A DNA stretch of 64,000 bases from an uncultured Oscillospiraceae bacterium (GCA_964617455.1 CAZTYF010000007.1:24980-88979); one strand, 5' to 3'. Positions 17,416 to 28,286 are shown, numbered from the stretch's first letter. Made by a program: numbers and translations. Notes: generated by a model not told the origin, from the sequence alone.

Positions 17416-19660
17416 GTTATCCAAGATTTTCGGATACCCCAGCAAGGATATAGTGAAAATTCTTCACGATTACGGTGTGTCCACCAAAAATCATATGAGC
17501 GTCCTGAACGAATATGAGCTCGATGTGATTTTTGAGTATCTCACCCAAAAGAACAGTGCAAAAAACTTCTCGATAATCGAAAAGAAGCCCAAAAAGGAGC
17601 CCCATCTTCGCAAAAAACAGGACAAAGGAACGGTTCAGGAGGTTGAGCGGGACTTTTCCGAAGAGAGCGAAATCGACATGGGCAAAAAAACCCGAACGGT
17701 TGACACTCGGGTGAATAATGTTGACCTTGACAGAATAGATGACGAAAAGATTGAGGAGCTCATCCCCGAAAATGTCAAGCAGGGGGACAAGAAGCAGAAA
17801 ATCAATCAAAAGAAGAAACAGCAGCAGCGTCAGCAGCACAGCACAAAGCAGAGGCGCAAGCCCGAAAATACCTTCAAAAAGGTCGAGAAGAAAAAGAAAA
17901 AACAGGAGCCGATACATGTGCTCATTCCCGGAGAAATCACCGTGGGCGAACTGGCAAGCAGAATGAAAAAATCCCCTGCCGAGATTGTCAAAAGGCTTAT
18001 GATTTTGGGAATTATGGCAACGGTGAACGAGGTTATCGACTTTGATACCGCATCCCTGATAGTTGAGGAAATGGGAGGCACCTATGAAAAAGAGATAATC
18101 CTCTCGGAAGAGGAAAAGCTTTTCGACGATTTTGAAGACACCCCGGAGCAGCTCAAACCTCGGTCTCCCGTTGTGGTTGTTATGGGTCATGTTGACCACG
18201 GAAAGACCTCTCTCCTTGACGCCATCAGACATACAAATGTGACCGAAGGGGAATACGGAGGAATCACTCAGCACATAGGTGCGTACCGAGTTCGGGTGGG
18301 GGACAAGAAGATAACCTTCCTTGACACCCCGGGCCATGAGGCCTTCACCGCCATGCGGGCCCGCGGCGCCTTGGTAACCGATATTGCGATTTTGGTGGTT
18401 GCGGCAGACGACGGAATTATGCCTCAGACGGTGGAAGCCATAAACCACGCCAAGGCCGCCAACGTCTCCATAATCGTGGCCATAAACAAAATCGACAAAG
18501 AAGGAGCCAATCCCGAACGGGTTAAGCAGGAGCTCATGGAGCACAATCTTGTGCCCGAGGAGTGGGGCGGGGATACCATATGCGTTGAAATATCCGCCAA
18601 GCAACATCAAAACATCAAGCAACTCCTTGAGATGGTTCTCTTGGTTGCGGAAATGAAGGAGCTTAAAGCCAATCCGGACAGAAAAGCCAAGGGTACCGTT
18701 ATCGAATCCCAATTGGACAAGGGCAGAGGCCCGGTGGCAACGGTGCTGGTTCAAAACGGAACCCTTCGGGTGGGAGACTTGGTTGTGGCCGGAACGGCAA
18801 TGGGCAGAGTCCGCGCCATGAACAACGACAAGGGCAAATCGGTCAAAAAAGCAGGACCCTCCATACCCGTTGAGATTTTGGGGCTTTCGGAAGTTCCGGA
18901 GGGCGGCGATGAATTCTATGTGGTAAACGACGAAAGATTGGCCCGCTCCGTTGTGGAAAACAGAAAATTCAAGGAAAGACAGGAGCGTCAAAAGACCCCC
19001 GGCACCATTTCTCTCGACAATCTGTTTGAACAGATTGAGGCGGGCAAGACCAAGGAGCTCAACATAATCGTCAAAGCGGATGTCCAAGGCAGCGTTGAGG
19101 CGGTTAAGCAGTCTTTGGAAAGAATTTCCAACGATGAAGTCAAGGTCTCGGTTATTCACGGTGCGGTAGGTGCCATAACCGAATCCGACGTTATGCTTGC
19201 CAGCGCATCCAATGCCATCATCGTGGGCTTCAATGTTCGTCCCACGGCGGGAGCGGGAGCGGCGGCGGAAGATGCCGATGTGGACCTGCGCATGTACCGA
19301 GTAATCTATGACGCAATAGAAGATATAGAAAAGGCCATGAAAGGCCTGCTGGAACCCACCTTCCGAGAGGAAATCACCGGACATGCGGAAATCAGAACCA
19401 CCTTCAAGGTATCCGGTGTGGGCACTATCGGCGGTGCCTATGTTACCGACGGAAAAATCCGCAGGGACAGCCTTGTGCGAGTTGTCAGAGACGGCATAGT
19501 TATCCATGAAGGCGAGCTTGCTTCTCTCAGAAGATTCAAAGACGATGTTCGGGAAGTGAATGCAGGCTATGAATGCGGCCTCAGTATCAGCAATTACAAC
19601 GATATCAAAGACGGCGACACCATTGAGGCATACATAATGGCCCAAGTGGAACCGGAATAA
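17393..19660 (+). CDS. infB: translation initiation factor IF-2
   Basis: Lys/Gln-rich N-terminal region followed by the GTPase motifs [20 protein letters not shown] and NKID, then the IF-2 C-terminal domains. Confidence 0.98.
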   Translation: MEKIRAYELSKIFGYPSKDIVKILHDYGVSTKNHMSVLNEYELDVIFEYLTQKNSAKNFSIIEKKPKKEPHLRKKQDKGTVQEVERDFSEESEIDMGKKTRTVDTRVNNVDLDRIDDEKIEELIPENVKQGDKKQKINQKKKQQQRQQHSTKQRRKPENTFKKVEKKKKKQEPIHVLIPGEITVGELASRMKKSPAEIVKRLMILGIMATVNEVIDFDTASLIVEEMGGTYEKEIILSEEEKLFDDFEDTPEQLKPRSPVVVVMGHVDHGKTSLLDAIRHTNVTEGEYGGITQHIGAYRVRVGDKKITFLDTPGHEAFTAMRARGALVTDIAILVVAADDGIMPQTVEAINHAKAANVSIIVAINKIDKEGANPERVKQELMEHNLVPEEWGGDTICVEISAKQHQNIKQLLEMVLLVAEMKELKANPDRKAKGTVIESQLDKGRGPVATVLVQNGTLRVGDLVVAGTAMGRVRAMNNDKGKSVKKAGPSIPVEILGLSEVPEGGDEFYVVNDERLARSVVENRKFKERQERQKTPGTISLDNLFEQIEAGKTKELNIIVKADVQGSVEAVKQSLERISNDEVKVSVIHGAVGAITESDVMLASASNAIIVGFNVRPTAGAGAAAEDADVDLRMYRVIYDAIEDIEKAMKGLLEPTFREEITGHAEIRTTFKVSGVGTIGGAYVTDGKIRRDSLVRVVRDGIVIHEGELASLRRFKDDVREVNAGYECGLSISNYNDIKDGDTIEAYIMAQVEPE

Positions 19661-19715
19661 ACTCATGAGCCGAACAATCAGAAAAGCCGGACAGCCCGGC
19701 TCGGAGGAGATACTT

Positions 19716-20054
19716 ATGGCAAGTTACAGCAGAATCGACAGGGTAGCCGAGGAGATTAAGAGGGAGCTTTCGGCGATAATTCGGGAACTTAAAGACCCTC
19801 GAATCCCGGATATGCTTTCGGTTGTATCGGTGCGGGTAACCAAAGATTTGAAATACGCAAAGGCCGGAATCAGTGTTATGGGCGATGAAAAGGTCAAAAA
19901 GGATGCTTTCGATGCTCTCAAAAGTGCCGGCGGCTTTATCAGAAAGGAAATAAGCCGACGGGTGAAACTCAGACAAACTCCCGAGTTCACTTTTGTGGAA
20001 GACAACAGCATAGCCTATGGTGCCCATATCAGCGAGCTGCTGAAAAATCTGTAA
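19716..20054 (+). CDS. rbfA: ribosome-binding factor A
   Basis: GGAGGAG lies 6 nt upstream of ATG 19716. RIDRVAEEIKRELSAII...VRVTKDLKYAK...LRQTPEFTFVED is the RbfA pattern. Confidence 0.9.
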   Translation: MASYSRIDRVAEEIKRELSAIIRELKDPRIPDMLSVVSVRVTKDLKYAKAGISVMGDEKVKKDAFDALKSAGGFIRKEISRRVKLRQTPEFTFVEDNSIAYGAHISELLKNL

Positions 20055-20075
20055 TCCGATGCGAGGTACAATCCA

Positions 20076-21032
20076 ATGTTTGAACAAATTATACGGATTT
20101 TAAGAAGTTCAGCCCGGGTCGGGCTGTTTGTCCACACTCACCCCGACGGCGATGCAATGGGCAGCGCATATGCCCTAAGCCTTGCCCTTAGCAATATGGG
20201 GAAAAGGAGCCGTGTGTTTTTGCCTCCCTCGCCGGACGTGCAGGCAAGGTCCCTGGTTGTGACCTGCGACGATGACGGTTTGGAAATCTCGGACTGTGAC
20301 CTTTTGGTGGCATTGGACTGCGCCGATTCCCAACGATTGGGCAGTTTCGGAAAAGCTTTTTTGGCCCATCCCAACACCATAGCCATTGACCACCACGTCA
20401 CCCACAAACCCTTTGCCCGAAGCGCCACGGTGTTTACGGAAATATCCTCAACCTGCGAACTGATATACATGCTTCTGCGGGATATGAGCGAGGAAGTCAC
20501 AAGGGATATCGCGTCAAACCTCTACATAGGCCTTGCCACCGATACGGGGCACTTCAAATATGCCAGTGTAACCGGTGATACTCTCAGAGTTGTGGCAGAC
20601 CTTATCGACACGGGCATAGATTTTTCCCATATGGCAAGAGTGCTGTTCACCACCAAATCCGTGAATTACTACAGCCTTTTGAGAACGGTTATCGACAAAA
20701 TACAAATACTCTGCGACGGACGGGTCGCGGTGGTTTATATCACCGATGAAGATCTGAAAAAGGCAGGAATAACCGAGGCGGAGACCAACGCCATCGTCAC
20801 CATCCCCGGCAGCATTGAGGGCGTCGAGGTGGGCGTATACATCAGACGGCGGGAGGACGGAGAATACAAGATCAGCCTCCGCTCCAACGATTATGTGGAT
20901 GTGGCGGCATTGGCATCCCTCTTCGGAGGCGGCGGTCATATCCGCGCCAGCGGCTACAGCGTGTACAACAAAAGCGCGGATAAGATTATAGAGGAACTCT
21001 CAAAGGAGCTTGACAAAATATGGCCCGACTGA
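20076..21032 (+). CDS. nrnA: DHH/DHHA1 family phosphoesterase (NrnA-like oligoribonuclease/pAp phosphatase)
   Basis: HTHPDGDAMGS, the DHH motif (IAIDHH), and DHHA1 GGGGH near the C-terminus. Sits in the conserved position after rbfA. Confidence 0.85.
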   Translation: MFEQIIRILRSSARVGLFVHTHPDGDAMGSAYALSLALSNMGKRSRVFLPPSPDVQARSLVVTCDDDGLEISDCDLLVALDCADSQRLGSFGKAFLAHPNTIAIDHHVTHKPFARSATVFTEISSTCELIYMLLRDMSEEVTRDIASNLYIGLATDTGHFKYASVTGDTLRVVADLIDTGIDFSHMARVLFTTKSVNYYSLLRTVIDKIQILCDGRVAVVYITDEDLKKAGITEAETNAIVTIPGSIEGVEVGVYIRRREDGEYKISLRSNDYVDVAALASLFGGGGHIRASGYSVYNKSADKIIEELSKELDKIWPD

Positions 21033-21982
21033 GCGGAATTGTAAATGTCTACAAGCCTGCGGGAATGACCTCCCACGATGTTGTGAACATCCTCAGAAAA
21101 ATCCTGGATATGAAAAAAATCGGCCACACGGGCACCTTGGACCCGGATGCGGAGGGAGTTTTGCCCATATGTGTGGGCAGCGCCACCAAGGCGGCGGATA
21201 TGCTCACGGCATCCCAAAAGGAATATTTGGCAAGGGTCATTTTGGGCAGTGCCACCGACACCCAGGACTCATCGGGCAAAGTCATAAAAACCGCCGATAT
21301 GAGCAAATTTATTTTAAGCGAGGATGACATAAAGGCGGCGGCGGAAGCTTTTGTGGGCAAGTCGGAACAGATTCCGCCCATGTATTCGGCCGTGAAGGTG
21401 GGAGGAAAAAAACTCTATGAGTTGGCCCGACGGGGAGTGGAAATCGAAAGAAAGCCCCGCCCCATTTGGATTTACGGCATCGAAATCTCGGATTGCGAAC
21501 CCAAAGAGGGGGGAGTTAAAGAATTTTCCATGGCCGTTAAATGCTCAAAGGGCACCTATATCAGAACTCTTTGCAACGACCTTGGGGAAAAACTCGGCTG
21601 CTACGGACATATGTCCTGCCTTGTGCGAACCCGCAGCGGCAGATTTACATCGGAGCAAAGCCACACCCCGGAGGAAATTGCCCGAATGGCAAGCCGGGGA
21701 GATATGTCATTTTTGACTCCCACGGACAAAATTTTCGAAGAATACGAGCCTCTCGTCTTAGATGAAAGAGAGGCGGAGATGGTGAGAAACGGAGTCCGTA
21801 TCCGAGCCCCCCGAAATGCCAAAGAGGGCGAAATATATCGAATATATGACAGCAGCCAAAACTTTCTGACCCTGTCCAAAGCCGAAGGCCAAAGGCTCAC
21901 AATCTTAAAGACCTTTTTTGAGCAGAGGGCGGAGGACAACCGAAAACACGTCGGACAGAATTTGAACGGAGAAACTTTTTAA
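21020..21982 (+). CDS. truB: tRNA pseudouridine(55) synthase
   Basis: GIVNVYKPAGMTSHDVV, GHTGTLDPDAEGVLPI (catalytic Asp) and QIPPMYSAVKVGGKKLYE. Confidence 0.95.
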   Translation: MARLSGIVNVYKPAGMTSHDVVNILRKILDMKKIGHTGTLDPDAEGVLPICVGSATKAADMLTASQKEYLARVILGSATDTQDSSGKVIKTADMSKFILSEDDIKAAAEAFVGKSEQIPPMYSAVKVGGKKLYELARRGVEIERKPRPIWIYGIEISDCEPKEGGVKEFSMAVKCSKGTYIRTLCNDLGEKLGCYGHMSCLVRTRSGRFTSEQSHTPEEIARMASRGDMSFLTPTDKIFEEYEPLVLDEREAEMVRNGVRIRAPRNAKEGEIYRIYDSSQNFLTLSKAEGQRLTILKTFFEQRAEDNRKHVGQNLNGETF

Positions 21983-22923
21983 TGGAATATTATGCTCAGG
22001 ACGAATGGTTCAACCGCCATGACTTGGACAATTTAAAATTAAAAAACACCGCAGTGGCTCTTGGGGTGTTTGATGCCATGCATTTGGGGCATTTGGAAAT
22101 CGTGGATACCGTGGTTCGTTATGCCAAAGAGCACAATTTGAAATCGGCGGTCTATATGTTTCGCAACATTCCGAAAGGTGTGATAACCGATACGGATATT
22201 AAAAATGTGAACCTGTTCAAAAAGCGGCTCAGAATTCTCTATGACAGAGGTGTGGATATCGCCATTGCGGAACGGTTTACCAAAGAATATATGAAGATAC
22301 CCTACACCGAGTTTGTGGAGAAATATCTTGTGGAAAAATTCGACGCCAAATTTGTGTGCGCCGGGTTTAACTATCACTATGGATACAAAGGAAAAGGAAA
22401 TACCGAAAACCTAAAGGAGCTCTGCGAAAAGCACGGCATCAAAGTTCATATAGCGGAATGCAAAAGCCTTGATTGCCCCGTGTCCAGCACCCTGATTCGC
22501 CAATTGATTGCATCCGGAGAAATGGAAGAAGTTGCAACCTATTTGGGAAGGTATTTTTCGGTCACCCGACGGGTGGAGCGCGGAGTGGGCTTGGGACACC
22601 GCATCGGTTTTCCGACGGCGAATATTCGGCTGCCTGATTTTCATGTTGTGCCCAAATTCGGAGTCTACATCACCTGTGCCAAGGTTGACGGAAAGTGGCA
22701 CCGGGCCGTGACCAACATAGGCGGAAAACCCACGGTGGGAAATGAGGAGCCCGGCATCGAAACCTATATTTTCGACCACCAGGGGGAACTCTACGGCAAA
22801 GAGATAGAAATCGAATTCCGCAAATATCTGAGGCCCATTATCAAATTTGACAGTGTGGAAGACCTGAAAGCCCAGCTTGAGCGGGACAAAGAGGCGGCCC
22901 TTGAATATTTCGAAGCCGAATAA
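21982..22923 (+). CDS. ribF: bifunctional riboflavin kinase / FMN adenylyltransferase
   Basis: ALGVFDAMHLGH, SSTLIR and GFPTANI...GVY...RPIIKFDSVEDLKAQL. Confidence 0.95.
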   Translation: MEYYAQDEWFNRHDLDNLKLKNTAVALGVFDAMHLGHLEIVDTVVRYAKEHNLKSAVYMFRNIPKGVITDTDIKNVNLFKKRLRILYDRGVDIAIAERFTKEYMKIPYTEFVEKYLVEKFDAKFVCAGFNYHYGYKGKGNTENLKELCEKHGIKVHIAECKSLDCPVSSTLIRQLIASGEMEEVATYLGRYFSVTRRVERGVGLGHRIGFPTANIRLPDFHVVPKFGVYITCAKVDGKWHRAVTNIGGKPTVGNEEPGIETYIFDHQGELYGKEIEIEFRKYLRPIIKFDSVEDLKAQLERDKEAALEYFEAE

Positions 22924-22946
22924 ATCGACAATCAAGAACGGATATA

Positions 22947-22967
22947 GGCGGCAATTTGCCGCTTTTT
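22947..22967 (+). terminator. terminator after ribF
   Basis: GGCGGC-AATTT-GCCGC hairpin followed by TTTTTCTTTTT. Confidence 0.6.
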
Positions 22968-23048
22968 CTTTTTAGTCAAAGATACAGACTTCGGCTCAAA
23001 CCGAATTGTAATCAATACCCGCCAATGGCCGAAAAAAGGTGAAAGTTT

Positions 23049-24815
23049 TTATATGGCATATTTTTGTTTGTATATTTCATAATCCCTGCGGTAGTCCTCG
23101 GGCATTTCCCGATGCAGGCGGCGGAGATATTCGTGCCTGTCTATGGATTTGTCGCCGTTGGCCTGGAGTATGGCAATTCCTATGTTGGAGCATTGATCGG
23201 AGATTCTCTCGGCATTGCCGGTGATTTCCAAAAGCATAACCCCCGCTTCCACCGAGCACTCCCGTGCCTTGAGGCGGGCCATATGGGCATCTTCAAGCTG
23301 CTCCCGTATTTCATCGACCACTTCCTCAAGAGGCTCGATTTTGATTGCCAAATTTTTGTCGTTTTCGGAAAAAGCCTCATAAGTCAAGGCAACAATGTCA
23401 TCTATAGCAGTGAACAAAACGCCCAAACCATGGAGGGCTTCCTCGGAAAAACCCAAGTTCCTCTCTCTCAAATCCTCGCAAATTTCCCGAATGTTGTCGC
23501 AATAGTCTCCTATGCGCTCTATGTTTGACACCAGGTGATAGTATATGGTTGACCGCTCGTTGTCAGCCTCGGACAGGTTTTCGTCGGAAATCTTGGTAAG
23601 ATAAGAACTTATTCTGATCTCATACTCATCCAAGAGATTTTCGTTTTCCGTCATAACTTTTGAAGTTTTTTCGGCATCCTCTCCCTCTATCATTTTGGCG
23701 GCAAGCTCCACATTGGTTTTGGCCACTTTGAACATTTTGGAAAGGACAATGTGCACCCGGCCTACGGCAACATAGGGGGTTTTCAGGAAACGCTCATCAA
23801 GCTGTGAGAACGGGTTTTCTCCGGTCTTTTCCTTGCTGTCCCGAATGGTCTTTTCCGCAAGCCATACCAAACCCTTTGAAAAGGGAATCAGGATAATCGT
23901 GGATACCACATTGAACACGGAGTGGAACAGGGATATATCGGAGGCGGATACCGGAGCGTCCCAGAAGGGGAGACCGATTGTGAACTGTATGAGATATATG
24001 GCAGATAGGAATATGATTGTTCCGATGATATTGAAATATAAATGAATCATAGCAGCCCGCTTTGCGTTTTTGCCGGCACCTACGGAAGAGAGGAGTGCCG
24101 TGACACAGGTTCCTATGTTTTGACCCATAATGATAGGGAACGCCGAGGCAAACACCACCGTTGTTCCGCTCGCCACCGCCTGGAGCATACCGACGGAGGC
24201 AGCGCTGGACTGGATGATCCCGGTGATTCCGGCTCCCATCAAAAGACCCACAAAGGGATTGGTTTGGGTGGCAAATATGTTTTTGAGAGTGGGGACTTGG
24301 TCAAACACCACTTCCATAGAGTCGGTCATAAACTCCATTCCGATGAATATCAGGCCGAGGCCCACAAAAATTTCGCCTATGTTTTTTATGTTCTTCTTTG
24401 TGAAAAACAACAATGTGACGGCTCCGAAAATAATAAACAACGGAGCCAAAGTTGAGGGCTTGAGCATTGCAAGATACCATACATCTCCGGGTAAATCATT
24501 TAGGCTCAAAATCCATGCGGTGATGGTGGTTCCGATATTGGCGCCCATTATAATTCCCACGGCCTGGGTGAGGGTCAGAACCCCCGCATTCACAAATCCA
24601 ACCACCATAACCGTGGTGGCGGAGGATGACTGGGTGAGGGCGGCAACAATCGCTCCCAAAGCGACGGACTTGAAAATGTTGCCGGTGACTTTTTCCATTA
24701 TCCTGCGAAGCTTTGAACCTGCGGCCCTTTCCAAAGATGAACTCATGGAATTCATACCGACCAGGAACATACCAAGGCCGCCAAACAGTGAAATAATCTG
24801 CAATGCGATATCCAT
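23049..24815 (-). CDS. Na/Pi cotransporter family protein with C-terminal PhoU-like domain
   Basis: Multi-pass membrane N-half with duplicated Na_Pi_cotrans motifs (QSSSATT / IQSSAAS), plus a PhoU-like helical C-half (ERIGDYCDNI, ERISDQCSNI). GGAGGA lies upstream of the ATG at 24815. Confidence 0.9.
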   Translation of the reverse strand: MDIALQIISLFGGLGMFLVGMNSMSSSLERAAGSKLRRIMEKVTGNIFKSVALGAIVAALTQSSSATTVMVVGFVNAGVLTLTQAVGIIMGANIGTTITAWILSLNDLPGDVWYLAMLKPSTLAPLFIIFGAVTLLFFTKKNIKNIGEIFVGLGLIFIGMEFMTDSMEVVFDQVPTLKNIFATQTNPFVGLLMGAGITGIIQSSAASVGMLQAVASGTTVVFASAFPIIMGQNIGTCVTALLSSVGAGKNAKRAAMIHLYFNIIGTIIFLSAIYLIQFTIGLPFWDAPVSASDISLFHSVFNVVSTIILIPFSKGLVWLAEKTIRDSKEKTGENPFSQLDERFLKTPYVAVGRVHIVLSKMFKVAKTNVELAAKMIEGEDAEKTSKVMTENENLLDEYEIRISSYLTKISDENLSEADNERSTIYYHLVSNIERIGDYCDNIREICEDLRERNLGFSEEALHGLGVLFTAIDDIVALTYEAFSENDKNLAIKIEPLEEVVDEIREQLEDAHMARLKARECSVEAGVMLLEITGNAERISDQCSNIGIAILQANGDKSIDRHEYLRRLHREMPEDYRRDYEIYKQKYAI

Positions 24816-24990
24816 AAGGATTCCTCCATGATGATTTTTTCCCAACTTTCACCAAATACAATATAACATGAAAATTTGTAAAATACAATAGATAATATCA
24901 CAAAACAAGCAGTCTTTAATCTCTTAAATTTTGTGAAATTTTCACAAAGTCGGGACGGGCCTTGTTATGGCACACTTAAAATGTGCATTT

Positions 24991-25026
24991 AAAAAAGCGA
25001 GGGCTCAATCTCTTTGAGCTCCTCGC
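24991..25026 (-). terminator. terminator of the SLH-protein gene
   Basis: On the minus strand, GCGAGGAGCTCA...TGAGCCCTCGC followed by TTTTTT. Confidence 0.65.
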
Positions 25027-25059
25027 TTCGGCGGTGATTTACATTACGATTTATATAAT

Positions 25060-26466
25060 TCATATATAGAGGATTTCCATGGTGACACCCAACATATCTC
25101 CCGGGACCTCTCCGACTCTCCAGCCAAGCTCCGTGGTCTCGATGTAGTAATAATTCGCTCCGCCATAGGTCAGGTTTCCTCTTCCGGAAGTCTTGAGGCC
25201 CACCGCCATATGGTCATCGCTCACCAAAAGCACCGTCTCATATCCCAAAAGCTTCAGGAGCTTTCCGAGCAGGGCGGCTTTATCTTCGCAGTCACCGGTA
25301 TGGTCGAACAGTGTTTCGATGGGGTATTTGGGGTATTCGGAAACCTTCTTTTCGTCAATATCGTTAACATATGGTATGGACTGGACAAAAGCGGACACAA
25401 AGGCGGCCAAGTCATAGTCGGAAGTGTATCCGTAGCTCTCGCCCAAGCTTTTCAGAGAATCGGCAAGGGCAGTGAGTCCGGTCACATCCGCATCGTCGGT
25501 GGCGTATGCCGCATAGTCATATACCCGAGGCTTTCTGTTGAAGTAGTTATAGTCATAATGGGAAATTTGAATATCCATGGAATATTCAAAGTCGCTGCCC
25601 GGGCATTTCCAGGTATAGTGCAAAAATTTCACCGGTATATTGGGATTGAGGGAAAACCGAACTCTAAGGTCGGTATTTATGATTCTTGAAACCATTGCCG
25701 CAACCTCGCTCCGTGCTATGGGAGAATAGGGATAGAATGTGCCGTATTCATCGTTGCCCGTCACAACCCCCGACTCAAAGAGAGCCAAAATTTCCCTATA
25801 ATAGGGTCCGTCGGCGCTCACATCGGGTATGGGACCGATGTCGTTTATTTTGTTATAACAGTCGGGAAGGGCTCTATACAACAAAAACGCCGATTCCTCC
25901 CGGGTGACGGTTTCGAAATATCTTCCTCCGAAGGTATTTTCCGAAATTATTCCCTGGCCGACTGCATAGGCCAGGTAGGGCAAAAACCAACCCGATTCCT
26001 CATCTCCCGCCATTTGGGCTTCCGTGCTCTCCCTGCGGAAAAACCTCTTTGTTTTGGCCCCGGATTTAACCTTTTCGTCCAATACAAATTCTCCGTCGCC
26101 GTTGACGGGATAGGAATAAATTCCCTCTGCCGCAGACAACCCCGAAATGCCGGAGACGTCACCTATGGTATTTCCGTAGTGGGCGGCATTGAGGCGGGCG
26201 GCAACGGTGATTGCCTCCGCCACCGTCAGATTTCCGTTGGGAGAAAAGACGCCCCGGGAAGTGCCCGTCATGATACCGTACTCATAAGCAAAGGCCACAT
26301 AGTTCCCGTACCAGTCTTCGGAGTTGACATCGGAGTACACACTGTTGTCATAGATATTTGTTTGACCGAATCCTCCCAAGATTTCGGCGTAGACCCCGCC
26401 CCATGTTGCGGCAAGGAGTGCCGCCGCCAAAAGGGCAGAGATGATTTTGATTGTTTTGTTTTTCAT
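25060..26466 (-). CDS. secreted SLH-domain surface protein with C-terminal transglutaminase-like (Cys-His-acid) module
   Basis: Signal peptide MKNKTIKIISALLAAALLAATWGGVYA. SLH repeats (YSDVNSEDWYGNYVAFAYEYGIMTGTSRGVFSPNGNLTVAEA; a second around YREILALFESGVVTGN). C-terminal GDCEDKAALLGKLLKLLGYETVLLVSDDHMAVG...YYIETT. Confidence 0.8.
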   Translation of the reverse strand: MKNKTIKIISALLAAALLAATWGGVYAEILGGFGQTNIYDNSVYSDVNSEDWYGNYVAFAYEYGIMTGTSRGVFSPNGNLTVAEAITVAARLNAAHYGNTIGDVSGISGLSAAEGIYSYPVNGDGEFVLDEKVKSGAKTKRFFRRESTEAQMAGDEESGWFLPYLAYAVGQGIISENTFGGRYFETVTREESAFLLYRALPDCYNKINDIGPIPDVSADGPYYREILALFESGVVTGNDEYGTFYPYSPIARSEVAAMVSRIINTDLRVRFSLNPNIPVKFLHYTWKCPGSDFEYSMDIQISHYDYNYFNRKPRVYDYAAYATDDADVTGLTALADSLKSLGESYGYTSDYDLAAFVSAFVQSIPYVNDIDEKKVSEYPKYPIETLFDHTGDCEDKAALLGKLLKLLGYETVLLVSDDHMAVGLKTSGRGNLTYGGANYYYIETTELGWRVGEVPGDMLGVTMEILYI

Positions 26467-26497
26467 ATTTCGTCACCCAAATATTGTACCGCTGTTT

Positions 26498-27856
26498 TCA
26501 TTCTTGCTTATTGCTCTTTTCGTTTTCGCCGTCCTCGTCGTCTTCAATCGTAACAATGGCCTCTTCTATTCTGTGCTCCTCAATGCGGGTAACTTTGATT
26601 TTCATTTTTCCGAAGGAAAGCTCCGGTGTTTCGCCGTCGGCGGGGATTTTGCCCAATACGCCCAAAATCAGGCCCGCAAAGGTATTATAGTCGTCATCGT
26701 CCGGGATTTTTATTCCCAATGCTTCTTCCACATCTTCAATGTCGGCGCCGCAGTCAATGAGCCAGGAATTTTTTTCGCTGGGGATTTTATATATCTCAAG
26801 TTCCTTTTCGGGCTCATCATATTCGCTGTACAGCTCGCCGACTATTTCCTCAATCAAATCCTCCTGAGTGACTATGCCGCAAAATCCTCCGTATTCGTCA
26901 AGGACAATTGCAAAATGAGCGTTTTTGTCCTGCATCCTTTGAAACATTTCGTCCGCCTTGATGGAATCGGGCACGAAATAGGGCTCTCTCAGTATGGTTT
27001 TCAAATCGGTGTTTTTATCATGGAGCATCACCCGATAGAAGTCTCGGCTGTTCAGGATGCCCACAACATCGTCAATTCCTTCCCCGCACACGGGATAGCG
27101 GGTGTGATTTGTCTCGTTTATGATTTTCTCCCACTCTTCCGCTCCGTCCTCAAGCCAGAGAATCACAGCATCGGTTCGATGAGTCATAATTTCCTCAACG
27201 GGTTTGTCGTCCATTTCGAAGATATTGTGAATCATCTCTTTTTCGTCATCGTCGATAGCTCCGCTCTCCGAGCCGATGTCAACCATCATACGGATTTCCT
27301 CTTCGGTGACATCGTCGTTTTTGTCTCCCAAGTTTATTCCGAAAATTTTGAGAATCATTTTCGCTATAAAGCCCGGCAGAGAAACGAGAGGCATACCTGC
27401 GTATGTTATTATTTTCAGCAACGGCAGAAGGCTTTTCGCCATAGCCTCCGGATTCCGCTCTGCAATACCCTCCGGGATAAACACACCCAAAACCATATAG
27501 AGAAATGCGCCGAGCACCACGGGTATGATACAGGCAAGGATTCGGGGCATGGAAATCAAAGCGGTGATATAGGGTTCAAATCCAAGCGAGGCGGCACCGA
27601 TTGCCAGCACCGATATAAGGGAGAAAAATCCCGCCGATGCTGCCATAAAACGGGAATGTCCGTTCAGAAATTCAACCAGAGCCTTGGCTTTATTGTCGCC
27701 CTCTTCCGCCATAGTCCTGAGCTTGGTGTCTCCGGCGGCCACGGCAGAGTGTTCGGCCATGGTAATAAAAAAACTCAATCCGTAAAAAACCAAAAGTGTC
27801 ACCCATAAATGCCATAAAGGGGGCAGTGCATCCAAAAATATCATCCTTTCCGGCAC
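26498..27856 (-). CDS. hemolysin-family/CNNM (DUF21)-CBS-CorC_HlyC transporter-associated protein
   Basis: N-terminal DUF21 membrane domain, a CBS pair (MTHRTDAV...; VLDEYGGFCGIVTQEDLIEEIVGE), and a CorC/HlyC C-domain. The exact start is uncertain. Confidence 0.88.
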   Translation of the reverse strand: MPERMIFLDALPPLWHLWVTLLVFYGLSFFITMAEHSAVAAGDTKLRTMAEEGDNKAKALVEFLNGHSRFMAASAGFFSLISVLAIGAASLGFEPYITALISMPRILACIIPVVLGAFLYMVLGVFIPEGIAERNPEAMAKSLLPLLKIITYAGMPLVSLPGFIAKMILKIFGINLGDKNDDVTEEEIRMMVDIGSESGAIDDDEKEMIHNIFEMDDKPVEEIMTHRTDAVILWLEDGAEEWEKIINETNHTRYPVCGEGIDDVVGILNSRDFYRVMLHDKNTDLKTILREPYFVPDSIKADEMFQRMQDKNAHFAIVLDEYGGFCGIVTQEDLIEEIVGELYSEYDEPEKELEIYKIPSEKNSWLIDCGADIEDVEEALGIKIPDDDDYNTFAGLILGVLGKIPADGETPELSFGKMKIKVTRIEEHRIEEAIVTIEDDEDGENEKSNKQE

Positions 27857-27972
27857 AGCCGCTTAAAATAATAAGGTCATTATAGCACGTCTCCTTTTTG
27901 TTGTCAATAGATATAAGATTCCCGACCGGAGACGGAGCTTTGGGAAATTTTAACAAATTTCATCCGTTGTTC

Positions 27973-28002
27973 TTGACAGAAAACCGCCCTTTGTGATAGA
28001 AT
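27973..28002 (+). promoter_or_regulatory. promoter of the riboswitch leader
   Basis: TTGACA (27973-27978), 18-nt spacer, TAGAAT (27997-28002), with an extended -10 TG at 27994-27995. Confidence 0.6.
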
Positions 28003-28109
28003 AAAAATGCGGGGGTTTACATGCCCCGCTGGGAGGTGTGTTTTCATAGTTCACACTTCCTGCGTTTAAGACTTTTTATGTTTAAAACATTAAACGTCAA
28101 TGAACGATT

Positions 28110-28202
28110 GTAGCAAACCCGATGAAAATCGGGGACGCAAAGCTATGGGGTCTAAAACAAGTTCCGCGGACGCGGGGAATTTGCAATGACAGCCCGGCTG
28201 CC
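28110..28202 (+). promoter_or_regulatory. c-di-GMP-I (GEMM-I) riboswitch aptamer, copy 1
   Basis: GCAAACCCGAT-GAAA-ATCGGGGACGCAAAGCTATGGGGTCTAAA...ATGACAGCCCGGCTGCC matches the GEMM-I hallmark (GCAAACC, GNRA-capped helix, GACGCAAAGC, GGGUC, ACAGCCGGGC). Confidence 0.85.
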
Positions 28203-28286
28203 TGCTCCGGTATATCGGCAGCGCGACGGCGGAGCGGTTTTCCGCAAGGCCTCCCAAATGGTATACCGAACTACAATTTAATAATT

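Noticed and set aside
17417-19666. A 749-aa ORF antisense to the whole of infB.
   Set aside because: It is codon-aligned with infB: 19664 = 17393 + 3x757. In that frame, stops arise only where the sense gene uses TTA, CTA or TCA, and this genome's codon usage avoids those codons. It has no SD and a low-complexity, Cys/His/Phe-rich translation with no recognisable domain. It is a classic shadow ORF.
26441-27808. Long antisense ORFs opposite real genes: 455 aa opposite the CNNM gene, 300 aa at 60081-60983 opposite hydA, 304 aa at 61941-62855 opposite the ArAE gene, and many + strand ORFs at 1532-7790 inside the GH3 gene.
   Set aside because: The explanation is the same mirror-frame effect. The sense-strand partners have clear family motifs, whereas these translations are compositionally odd and lack ribosome-binding sites.
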